IMG/VR virus record: IMGVR_UViG_3300025679_000005 | Length of the DNA: 64,000 bases | Strand: one strand, 5' to 3' | DNA from: a virus | Lineage: Duplodnaviria > Caudoviricetes | In this document: piece by piece, positions 19,472 to 27,407 of the stretch | How positions within the stretch are numbered: the first letter of the stretch is position 1 | Layout of the letters: each line of letters starts with the position of its first letter | Notes under the pieces: model-generated | Told to the model about the DNA's origin: nothing | Seen by the model: the letters and a program-made list of their open reading frames with translations, nothing else | Databases searched by the model: none | Position numbers and translations under genes: made by a program

Positions 19472-19767
19472 ATCGCCATCGCCTTGTTCATGTGCTGAGT
19501 AAATTCGTCAATCGAAAGGCCCGAGCCAGCTTCTCTGGGGCTCCCCATGATCATGTTGCCGCCGCCCCAGCAATCAGCTGGTTTGCAGCTCTCGACCTCG
19601 TTTAAGGTCTTGGTCAGTCGCAACAAATCGAGGGGGTTGAAGTGGTCCCTGCTGTGCGCAGTGCTTTTCATCTCGTTCAAAGTATTTGAGTCAGAGGGGG
19701 TCATGTACGTGGGTACTCCCGTGGAAGGATGTCTATTTCTTGTGGTGGGTTCTGCTAGACTTGACAT
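19459..19767 (-). CDS. Hypothetical protein
   Basis: ORF between the UPF0489-like gene and dam. Confidence 0.4.
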   Translation of the reverse strand: MSSLAEPTTRNRHPSTGVPTYMTPSDSNTLNEMKSTAHSRDHFNPLDLLRLTKTLNEVESCKPADCWGGGNMIMGSPREAGSGLSIDEFTQHMNKAMAICQV

Positions 19768-19783
19768 ATTGACATTGCTCGAT

Positions 19784-20632
19784 TCATGCCCTGGGTAAAA
19801 GCGACCACGTTTGAGGATTTTCGAGCTGGTGTGAGATCTGAGCGATGTCGGAAAGGCCCGCTAGGTAATCCACCTTCTCGTAGTCGATAGTGCGCTGAAC
19901 CAGAGGACTCAGGGATTCTTGGAAAGGGGTCATGATCGGTACTTTGAGACCGTGGACGAAGTCGTTGAAGGCGGCGTCATGCCAGGGTGGGGACCAGGCA
20001 CTTGACCGACAGATATACACCATCTCGACATTGCCCGCGTATTCCGACACCTTGGGATCAGGCCATACACACGGCTCTGTGTACCGCCTCAGGGAAGCAT
20101 CCAGTTCAGGGAAGCCCCCGTCTCCAAAGCTCCTAGTCCAATCGGCCATCCCCTTCCACGGGGGAAACACGATCAAAGACTTGAGCTGAAGCTGCGTCAG
20201 ATGGGTCATGAGCAGCCAGTTCTCACAGGTGACGTTGCCTCGAAGGGCGTCCCGCTCGAACTGGGCCATGTTGTAGGTCAGGTCGTGGTGAGCGTCAAAG
20301 TTCACCAGCCGGGTGTCAGCTAAGGACGGGCCCTCACAATTCGAACGGGAAAACACCTTGTTCCCGTGCTGATGACTGTCCCCTACAATTACCTCACAGA
20401 GATCATCGAACCGATAGCCCAGACCTCGAAGGGTTTTCCAGAAGTCTCGTGGGTGGGGGTCGTCTAACTTGGCTGACTCTTTGAGGTCGAGCCCCTGTGC
20501 TTTAGCTAAGGCCAGACGAACTTCCCATACAGAGCCGTAGTAGGTTTCAGTTTCTGCGTGAGCCCATTTCCACTCTTCTCGTTCAATAGCGAAGTAGTCC
20601 CAATCTATTGTTAGCCAGATATTTTTTCGCAC
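19784..20632 (-). CDS. UPF0489-like/arginase-fold metal-binding protein (probable start GTG 20632)
   Basis: LTIDWDYF, DSH, NFDAHHD, CENW, ICRSSAWSPPWHD; AAGGAAG upstream of the GTG; the longer ORF call runs through CRISPR repeats. Confidence 0.55.
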   Translation of the reverse strand: MRKNIWLTIDWDYFAIEREEWKWAHAETETYYGSVWEVRLALAKAQGLDLKESAKLDDPHPRDFWKTLRGLGYRFDDLCEVIVGDSHQHGNKVFSRSNCEGPSLADTRLVNFDAHHDLTYNMAQFERDALRGNVTCENWLLMTHLTQLQLKSLIVFPPWKGMADWTRSFGDGGFPELDASLRRYTEPCVWPDPKVSEYAGNVEMVYICRSSAWSPPWHDAAFNDFVHGLKVPIMTPFQESLSPLVQRTIDYEKVDYLAGLSDIAQISHQLENPQTWSLLPRA

Positions 20633-20652
20633 GATACTTCCTTGACGTTGTC

Positions 20653-20843
20653 GTGACCACTTGAAAGGGTTTCGTCTCCCTCTCTGACCCTTTTTGGGTC
20701 CGATTTTGATGGTCATTGGTTCTTACCTGGTGACCACTTGAAAGGGTTTCGTCTCCCTCTCTGACCTGTAAAAACGGGCGGCGTCACCAACACCCAGGTA
20801 TCGGTGGTGACCACTTGAAAGGGTTTCGTCTCCCTCTCTGACC
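20653..20843 (-). CRISPR. Mini CRISPR array: 3 identical 37-nt repeats and 2 unrelated 40-nt spacers
   Basis: Plus-strand repeat GTGACCACTTGAAAGGGTTTCGTCTCCCTCTCTGACC at 20653-20689, 20730-20766 and 20807-20843; spacers at 20690-20729 and 20767-20806; orientation inferred from the effector gene and leader. Confidence 0.9.
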
Positions 20844-21030
20844 TTACCCCTAGGCACCTCAAGCATTTCGCGACCTTGCACAATGCTTTGCGAGAGGTCG
20901 CGAAATCGACCCTTTTTGAGGGAGGGCGATTTGGCAATAAACGCCTGGCTCCATCAACGATGGAGCCTAATTTGGCTGTTGCGAGAGCCTGCTGGCTTTT
21001 TGGCGCCACCGAACCTCTCGCAACGAGGAA
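20844..21030 (-). promoter_or_regulatory. CRISPR leader-like region with several inverted repeats
   Basis: TTTCGCGACCT/AGGTCGCGAAA (11 bp), GGCTCCATC/GATGGAGCC (9 bp), GTTGCGAGAG/CTCTCGCAAC (10 bp). Confidence 0.5.
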
Positions 21031-21034
21031 GACG

Positions 21035-21150
21035 AATTGTCAGAGAACAGAGTGAGAGAAGAAACCCTCTTAAGTGTGGTGGACTCAACCACCAAAGTTG
21101 GGAATACGTAGGTACTCTCACGAGCCCCACTCAGCTAACTTTCGTTAGCT
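21035..21150 (-). ncRNA. Putative tracrRNA/omegaRNA-derived scaffold with anti-repeat; ends uncertain
   Basis: 21039-21076 is complementary (minus strand) to the repeat in blocks of 8/8, 4/5, 8/8 and 6/8 nt; GAAA-tetraloop hairpin at 21133-21150 over the effector stop codon. Confidence 0.65.
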
Positions 21151-23084
21151 GTCGTCCCTAGAGGAGCCACCGACACTGCGCCGCTATCGACACAGCCTTC
21201 CGGTTTGCCTTGCTTACGCTTGGCGCTCTTCCTATTGTGCTCAGGAGCTTTCGCTACTGAGTTTTGGGTCTGCTCTGCCCGAGCAGACCTTTCGGCCCAC
21301 GCTGTTTGGCGTATGGCCAGAAATTCTGGATTGTCAAAGTCCCGGAGATTCATAGCTGCGTTCGCATCTCGATGATTCTCTGGGAGGTGCCCCCTACGAG
21401 GCTCTCGAACGGATCCTACACCGAAGCCGCAGCTCTGGCATCGGAAATATTCGTTAGAACCCAACTTCCTGTTGAGGACCCCGCAGGCATGGCATTGCTG
21501 AGATGTGTATTGAGGCTCCTTGGCGTGGACTACCGCTCCTGCCCAGGTCGCCTTGTAGGTCAATTGCTGGCGAATTGCATAAGGTCCGATCTTGGCCCAC
21601 ATTTTGGCAAAGACCCGTCGCATGCGCTTGGATGCGTTCGAGCCAAGGTCTTGCTTCGCCATCATACCCTTGATGTCCAAGTCCTCGACATGGTAGGTGC
21701 TTGCGCCCTGATCAATCAGGCGTCGAGTGACCTGATGGCGTAGATCCCCCAACAGGTCCGTGATCTTGGAGTCAATGCGTCGGACTTGGCTCTCAACATC
21801 AAGGTAGCCGTTGGAGGGCTTTTGACGGATCGCTTTGCCTTTGGGGTCTAGGCGCACGCTGCCTTGATTGACGAGGACGATACCGTTCTTGTTCGCGGCT
21901 TCGACTGCGACTCGACCTTGTCTTCTGGAGAGTCTCCTCTGGAGGACAGCTTTTTTGCGTTCGAGCTTCTCGACCGTCTTCATAGCCTTCAGGTAGAATT
22001 CCTGAGCATAAATCTTGGCATTGGAGTCAACGACAAATGTCCGTTTGCCCAGGTCGATGCCTAAGGTCTCGCCAGTGCGAGGTTTTGGGTCCGGGGCATC
22101 GATCTCGACTGTCAGAGACAGGTACCAATGAGTCCCTCGTTTTTGGACGGCGACCTGAGTGTGGTTGACGTGATGAACCCCAATAGGGAAATACTTTGGA
22201 CGAGCCAATAGGATCCACTCGTGACCTTTTCCAAAGAACTTGCCAGCTCCTTGGATTTTGATCCGATCTCCCTGTATGGTAACTGTCGTAGACACTCGGA
22301 CAGCACCAGCCTCCGTCGTATAGGCTTCCTCTGGAATTATTGGGAAAGCCGTCACCTTCCCCAATTCCTTGAATGTTGGCTGATTCATCCGGAATTTAGG
22401 AGGGCTCTTCCCAGCCGCCTTGAACTTAGGGTACCCACTAGCTGGAACTCCTGGGGGCGGCTTTACCATGCGATCAAAAGCAAAGTCCACATCCGCGAGT
22501 GCCTCACGACTTACATAGGCAGTAGCTTGGTCCTTCAGGGGCGTTTTGCCGTACAGTGCTTGGGCATTCCTAGGGAATTTGACTATGGGGTCTTCGGCCC
22601 CAGGCTCCCATGCGTCTAGACCTAGGACTCGTGATGCCTGAGGTTGTAACTCCGAAAGATGCGATTCGAGCCATCGAATCGCATTGTTTGGGTTCACACC
22701 CTTGTACTTGTCACCGATCTTTAGGGAACCTTCGATACTGGGGGTTAGAAGGACATCCCCTAGCGGGCCGGAGAACTTCCAACCGCTAGCTTTCTGGCCC
22801 TCTTCTCGGAATTTCTCGTGCGTGTACCCAAGAGCTGTGAACAGAGCTTCGACATCGTAAATGGTTTGAGGGCGCTTGGCCTTTAGCTCTTTTGCGGACA
22901 GGTCCACCCACCCTCGGCGTAGTCCCAGTAGGTAGAGCTGCACCTTGTATGCCTTGTACTCCGCTGTCCTTACTGCGACACCGTGGTTATACGTTCGTCG
23001 AGTGACCCTGCACCAACGAGACAGTTCTTGTTCTTGCCTTGCTGTAGGGTAGATTCGACTTACGTAAGCTTTGTGGATCCTCAT
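21135..23084 (-). CDS. CRISPR-associated enlarged TnpB/Cas12-like (type V) RuvC nuclease, 649 aa
   Basis: TnpB-type N-terminus (YVSRIYPTARQE...RRTYN), RuvC-I LGIDLG, RuvC-II HVEDL, zinc finger CHAC...CQSC, RuvC-III RDANAAMNL; long insertion in the N-terminal lobe; adjacent to anti-repeat and array. Confidence 0.85.
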   Translation of the reverse strand: MRIHKAYVSRIYPTARQEQELSRWCRVTRRTYNHGVAVRTAEYKAYKVQLYLLGLRRGWVDLSAKELKAKRPQTIYDVEALFTALGYTHEKFREEGQKASGWKFSGPLGDVLLTPSIEGSLKIGDKYKGVNPNNAIRWLESHLSELQPQASRVLGLDAWEPGAEDPIVKFPRNAQALYGKTPLKDQATAYVSREALADVDFAFDRMVKPPPGVPASGYPKFKAAGKSPPKFRMNQPTFKELGKVTAFPIIPEEAYTTEAGAVRVSTTVTIQGDRIKIQGAGKFFGKGHEWILLARPKYFPIGVHHVNHTQVAVQKRGTHWYLSLTVEIDAPDPKPRTGETLGIDLGKRTFVVDSNAKIYAQEFYLKAMKTVEKLERKKAVLQRRLSRRQGRVAVEAANKNGIVLVNQGSVRLDPKGKAIRQKPSNGYLDVESQVRRIDSKITDLLGDLRHQVTRRLIDQGASTYHVEDLDIKGMMAKQDLGSNASKRMRRVFAKMWAKIGPYAIRQQLTYKATWAGAVVHAKEPQYTSQQCHACGVLNRKLGSNEYFRCQSCGFGVGSVREPRRGHLPENHRDANAAMNLRDFDNPEFLAIRQTAWAERSARAEQTQNSVAKAPEHNRKSAKRKQGKPEGCVDSGAVSVAPLGTTANES

Positions 23085-23449
23085 GATTTGATTGCTCGCT
23101 CCACTGCATCCAACAAGTCCGATTTGTGGGCTGGTTTGAACAAGACCTTGGCTTCTCCGATGTCTTGCAAAGCCGACATGACGGCTATAGGGGACCCTGT
23201 GTTGAATACGAAGCGCTTAGCCATCTTGGGCTTTGCTTTGATAGCAGCCTGCATGAGGGCGGGGCCGGACAGAACCGGCATCTCGCCGTCAGAGACCACA
23301 CAATCGTAGTCCTTCGCCAGGAGCCCCTTCAGGGCCTTCTCGCTGTCGATGTAGGTGTCCACATCGTAACCCGAAAGACGCAGAGTCCTGGACAGGGCCT
23401 CAGCCACTTCCGGACTGTCGTCTACGACTAGTACCTTTTTCATCGCCAT
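23081..23449 (-). CDS. Stand-alone response-regulator receiver (CheY-like)
   Basis: VLVVDD, VVSDGEMP, NTG, FKP. Confidence 0.88.
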   Translation of the reverse strand: MAMKKVLVVDDSPEVAEALSRTLRLSGYDVDTYIDSEKALKGLLAKDYDCVVSDGEMPVLSGPALMQAAIKAKPKMAKRFVFNTGSPIAVMSALQDIGEAKVLFKPAHKSDLLDAVERAIKS

Positions 23450-23479
23450 GTTCTACAGTACGGCCCAAGAGGGGGCGGC

Positions 23480-24115
23480 TTAAGGGAGAGCTTCCAGAAT
23501 CTTACGGATGGGGGCGTAGCTGCGACGGTGTATGTCACACACCCCTAGTTTTTCTAGTCCAGCGATGTGTGCCGGAACTCCGTAGCCAGAATTTTTCGCA
23601 AAATCGTACCCGGGGTACTTCTTGTCCATCTCGACCATGTACCGGTCCCGGGAGACCTTGGCGATGATGCTGCCCAGGGAGACGGCGGGGATGAGGTCAT
23701 CAGCTTTGGGGAGACCTATGAGCCCGGGTATGTCGAATCTCTTCTCCTGCCCTTTGAAGCCGTCGACAATGACCAAGGTGTCAGCGGCCGTAGTCCCCTT
23801 CAAAAGCTCCGTGAGGACCCTCCTGTGCGCTGCAATGAGGGCTTCCCAGATACCTACCTTGTCGATGGTCTGGGAGCTGACAGCAACTCGGCAGTAGAGG
23901 ACCGGAGTCGTCTCCGTCCACTTCTTGTAAGCGGCCTCTCGTTTGGCCTCGGAGAGCTTCTTGGAATCGCCCACCCCCGGGTCTTCCCAGCTCCTAGGGA
24001 GGCGAGTGCCTGCGACTACTAAATTTCCGGCCCAACAGCCGAACCCAACTTCGTCCGAGCCCACCACCCAAGAGGCGGTCGAATTGTCTATTTCAGGAAC
24101 GCCCGTGGGTTTCAT
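23480..24115 (-). CDS. rnhB: Ribonuclease HII
   Basis: GSDEVG, DSKKL, IVDG, KADD...SIIAKVSRD, GYG, HRRSY. Confidence 0.92.
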   Translation of the reverse strand: MKPTGVPEIDNSTASWVVGSDEVGFGCWAGNLVVAGTRLPRSWEDPGVGDSKKLSEAKREAAYKKWTETTPVLYCRVAVSSQTIDKVGIWEALIAAHRRVLTELLKGTTAADTLVIVDGFKGQEKRFDIPGLIGLPKADDLIPAVSLGSIIAKVSRDRYMVEMDKKYPGYDFAKNSGYGVPAHIAGLEKLGVCDIHRRSYAPIRKILEALP

Positions 24116-24136
24116 CCACAGTTATTACACCGAATA

Positions 24137-24378
24137 CTACAGGTCGAAGTCTGACAGGCGTTCCCAAAATGACTTTGAGCCATAGGGATCTCTATCTTGT
24201 TTTTTACGGCAGGCCTGACAGATAGCGCCCGCTACCCTACCGGCTCTGCCAATCTCACTGCACCTAATCGCACAAGGGATCTTCTTCGAGATCGTAATCA
24301 ATTCCGATACAGTCAATGAATTGGGGTCTAGGGTCCTCTCAGTCAGATACCTAGTAACCCATTCCTCTGCTGTCATCG
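24137..24378 (-). CDS. Small hypothetical protein (probable start MTAEEW; start approximate)
   Basis: ATG just after the repeat tract; C-terminal SFWERL motif. Confidence 0.45.
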
Positions 24379-24642
24379 CCGGCTCCGGCTCCCGCTCACG
24401 CTCCGGCTCCCGCTCACGCTCCAGCTCACGCTCCGGCTCACGCTCCGGCTCCGGCTCCCGCTCACGCTCCAGCTCCGGCTCCGGCTCCGGCTCCGGCTCC
24501 CGCTCCGGCTCCAGTTCCAGCTCCAGTTCCCGCTCCGGCTCCCGCTCCGGCTCCCGCTCACGCTCACGCTCCAGCTCCGGCTCCGGCTCCGGCTCCCGCT
24601 CCCGCTCACCAGGTATGCCTCGAACATTAAACAAGGGTTCAT
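24373..24642 (-). CDS. Ser/Gly/Arg low-complexity protein
   Basis: Start overlaps the stop of 24639-24977; stop sits near the next ATG. Confidence 0.45.
   Translation of the reverse strand: MNPCLMFEAYLVSGSGSRSRSRSWSVSVSGSRSGSRSGNWSWNWSRSGSRSRSRSRSWSVSGSRSRSVSRSVSWSVSGSRSVSGSRSRR
24380..24607. repeat. Degenerate hexanucleotide tandem repeat (GGCTCC/CGCTCA/AGCTCC units)
   Basis: About 230 nt of 6-mer units; encodes an SGSRS- or EPERE-type tract depending on frame. Confidence 0.9.
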
Positions 24643-24977
24643 ATCTGCTCCCTAGGCAATTCATGAGGCCATTTCACATGATCCAAAAATGTGCTCCGAT
24701 TGAGGGTTACTTTCACCCCATCTGGGAATGGCTCGACTTCATCGAAGACCCCTGTTTTAAGCAGGTCTGCGAAGCGGCCGTCAGAAGCAATCCAAGCGGC
24801 CTCGTCCAACTCTAACTCTTCTTCGGACACTGCTGTCACTCTACCTGTATAGTGTGCTGTGATAGTTCTAACGAAGATTTTCGTCCCAATTTCAATTGGT
24901 AGTCGACGTGAGGTGTTCATCCCAAATAGTAGGGCTATCTCGCGCAATTGTTCTAAAGTCAGATTTTGAATTTCCAT
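24639..24977 (-). CDS. Phage-type hypothetical protein
   Basis: VRTITAHYTGRV...AAWIASDGRF...EVEPFP; GGTGTA 9 nt upstream. Confidence 0.65.
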   Translation of the reverse strand: MEIQNLTLEQLREIALLFGMNTSRRLPIEIGTKIFVRTITAHYTGRVTAVSEEELELDEAAWIASDGRFADLLKTGVFDEVEPFPDGVKVTLNRSTFLDHVKWPHELPREQI

Positions 24978-25001
24978 AGAACCCTTTACACCGATCCTAA
25001 G

Positions 25002-25214
25002 CTAAGTACAAGAGCAGGTGGTTTCTGGCCCCGGACCTTTGCCGCGATCACTGCAGGCTTCGCGTTTCAGCTCGTAGCACATGTTCCGGCACCCTCCCGG
25101 GTCGATTTGGGAGTGGCAGCGGACCAAGCATTTCGAGCAGGAACTCCTGATGTCAGCCGCCGTTCCTGCTGGCCAGGCGAACCCAACCAGCAGGAATAGG
25201 ATAGCGGCTTTCAT
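25002..25214 (-). CDS. Small secreted Cys-rich protein
   Basis: Signal-peptide-like MKAAILFLLVGFAWPAGTAA followed by 8 Cys. Confidence 0.5.
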   Translation of the reverse strand: MKAAILFLLVGFAWPAGTAADIRSSCSKCLVRCHSQIDPGGCRNMCYELKREACSDRGKGPGPETTCSCT

Positions 25215-26347
25215 AGGACACACTCTTGAGTGAGGGCCTCTTGGAGGGTTTCCGCAGTGATTGCAGGATCCTTGAGGACCATCAGCCGGGCTTTAGCCAC
25301 CGTCTGGGAGATGGCAGGACCGCTCAGCCCTGTATCCTTGATGAATTTCAAGGCGTCGAAGGGCGGTTTCAGGAACTTCAGGTAGTGTGCATCGAGTTCG
25401 GCATCGGAGTGGTGCCAGGAGAATTCCTGGAGCAAGCGGTATTCCTCTTGGCTGAGGGAGTGCCCCACCATCAACGGGCTGGTGAAGTTCATCAGCTTGA
25501 GGAGGGTACTGGTGTCTTTGACCGTGTTGTTGATGCCACGCCTCATTCGACCTTGGGGCACCATCATGAACACGATCTCCAACAAGCCTAGGTGGTGCAT
25601 GGCATCCAGCGCCAGCTCCAATTGGGGCTTGGGTAGGGTCAAGATCTTCTCGATGAAGATCATGGCCACTACCTCGTAGGGCAGACGACGAAGCTCTTCC
25701 GCCTTGCTCTTGAAGGCAAGCCAGGTGTCTGCACTAGGGGTGAGACCGTACTTGGCCCAGAACCGAATGCCACGAAGAATCCTTGAGGGGTCTTCGTCGA
25801 AGGTTTCCTCGGGATGCAAAGGCGTACGCAAGATCTTCTCCTGCAAGTCGTAGAGGCCTTTGCCCAGCAGATCAATGATCGGAGCCGATTCCGGCCCTTC
25901 CACGAGATCACCTAGACGCCACATGAGCGTACCGATTGTAAAATCGCGGCGGCTTAGGTCTTCTAAAAGTGTGCCGACGGCCACTTCCGACGGCTTATGC
26001 CCATCCTTCTTGGACTTGTTGTACTTTTCTTTGCGAGAAGTGACGATCTCGACCTTTTGACCTCGGAGGCTGACCCCTTGGAAGACGATGTCCTCAGCCA
26101 CGGGACCCAGGTGGACGACCCCGTACTGGTCAGGGTGACAGCCAACGTGAAGGCGCTTGGCAACTTCTTCGGCGAGAACCACTGTGGTTCGGCCTTCGGC
26201 GGGTTCCACGACCACATCGAGGTCTTTGACCCCGAAGCCTAGGACGAAGTCTCGAACGGCCCCACCCACGATGTAGCTGTCCCGACCCATGCCTACGGCT
26301 AGGGCTGATTCAGCGAGGAGGCGTAGCATTGCTTCTTCAGGGGTCAT
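25211..26347 (-). CDS. Class II tRNA nucleotidyltransferase (CCA-adding/poly(A) polymerase family)
   Basis: VGGAVRD...KDLDVV, RRDFTI, EDPSRILRGIRF. Confidence 0.9.
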   Translation of the reverse strand: MTPEEAMLRLLAESALAVGMGRDSYIVGGAVRDFVLGFGVKDLDVVVEPAEGRTTVVLAEEVAKRLHVGCHPDQYGVVHLGPVAEDIVFQGVSLRGQKVEIVTSRKEKYNKSKKDGHKPSEVAVGTLLEDLSRRDFTIGTLMWRLGDLVEGPESAPIIDLLGKGLYDLQEKILRTPLHPEETFDEDPSRILRGIRFWAKYGLTPSADTWLAFKSKAEELRRLPYEVVAMIFIEKILTLPKPQLELALDAMHHLGLLEIVFMMVPQGRMRRGINNTVKDTSTLLKLMNFTSPLMVGHSLSQEEYRLLQEFSWHHSDAELDAHYLKFLKPPFDALKFIKDTGLSGPAISQTVAKARLMVLKDPAITAETLQEALTQECVL

Positions 26348-26616
26348 TTGATCTCGTAGGGGTGGTTGACACTATGCTCTTTGGCACGTTCTTCCATCTT
26401 GGGGACGATTGTGGCCAGGATTTCATCGGACAGTTTGCGAAGCAGCATCGCCTCGGAGTCACGCTTTTCAGAGAAAGCCTTCGTGGCTTTCTCCAACAAG
26501 AATCCTGCGACTGTCTGAGCACCAGCCTTATGCCCTTCCAACCACTTTTGGGTGGCCAGATTGTCGAAGGAGTAGCAGTTGCCTTCGTTGTCTTTGAGGA
26601 GGGTGTCTTGGCTCAT
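26344..26616 (-). CDS. Hypothetical protein
   Basis: ATGA-coupled to the nucleotidyltransferase gene. Confidence 0.55.
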   Translation of the reverse strand: MSQDTLLKDNEGNCYSFDNLATQKWLEGHKAGAQTVAGFLLEKATKAFSEKRDSEAMLLRKLSDEILATIVPKMEERAKEHSVNHPYEIK

Positions 26617-26697
26617 ACTGTTCTAGACACCATAACGGTTCGTGGCCGCCAAGATTAAGCCTCCCCAACCGAATAATTTGGTGTAAGCTCCAGGGGC

Positions 26698-27261
26698 ATG
26701 GCCGAAATCGACGATCCCCTAGAGGCAGCTTGGGCAGAGGTCCGCGTCCCCAGGACGGAAGCCGATGGTCCAGATGCAGTCCCGGACTTCTCGTCCTTTG
26801 CGAGACCACAAGACCTTGTCATTGGTTCCAAGAACAACCCTCTAGCCATCATCAGGCCAGACGGCGGTGTTGCAATCCGTCCAGGGTACACTCCCGATCA
26901 AGTCGCTGCGGAATTCTGGGAGGTCATGGGCCAACGGCGGTTGGAGATGGAGGAGCGGCTTCTCCTGTTCGCCCACATGGAGGCTGTATTCGTTCGTCTG
27001 GGTCAGGCTGACCTACGGGCCGAAGACCTCCGTCGTCGAGCTGCCGAAGAAACTGACGAAACTCGTGCCAGAGAGCTTACCCAATTGGCCGAGCTGGCCG
27101 TACGTCGTTTGGAAATGGTAGCTCACGAAGCAATCGAACTTGGCCGAGGTATGGCCCGCAGGGACATCCCGGCGCCTCCCGTACCTCCAGTGATCCCGCG
27201 AGTCATTCAGGAGAACGAGAACTCCACCTACAGTGGAGCAGAAGGGTTGGGAGAAACATGA
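26698..27261 (+). CDS. Hypothetical protein
   Basis: 187-aa ORF; GGTGTA 12 nt upstream. Confidence 0.6.
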   Translation: MAEIDDPLEAAWAEVRVPRTEADGPDAVPDFSSFARPQDLVIGSKNNPLAIIRPDGGVAIRPGYTPDQVAAEFWEVMGQRRLEMEERLLLFAHMEAVFVRLGQADLRAEDLRRRAAEETDETRARELTQLAELAVRRLEMVAHEAIELGRGMARRDIPAPPVPPVIPRVIQENENSTYSGAEGLGET

Positions 27262-27407
27262 CCTACATTCCCCCATTCTGGCCCTGTTTCCTGGGTTTGG
27301 CCGTTCCCTGGGCCGTGGCGATGTGGTTCATCATCGGGCGTAAACCAGCTTCGTACTATTTGAGGAAACGCCCTTAACTTCTTCGGGCGGTCTCCGTTCT
27401 ATTGAGC

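Noticed and set aside
20690-20729. Spacer peptide MTIKIG resembling the start of GAPDH
   Set aside because: Similarity ends after six residues (PKK instead of INGFG); cannot be assigned without a database search
20633-21009. ORF 20713-21009 and the N-terminal extension of ORF 19784-20716, both containing GQRGRRNPFKWS
   Set aside because: The repeated peptide is just the translated 37-nt CRISPR repeat; the downstream gene has its own RBS and GTG at 20632
16866-22930. Identical heptapeptide LGLRRGW in the 16786 zincin and in the Cas12-like protein insertion
   Set aside because: DNA differs at most third positions, flanks do not align, and one 7-aa match among all ORFs is roughly at chance level
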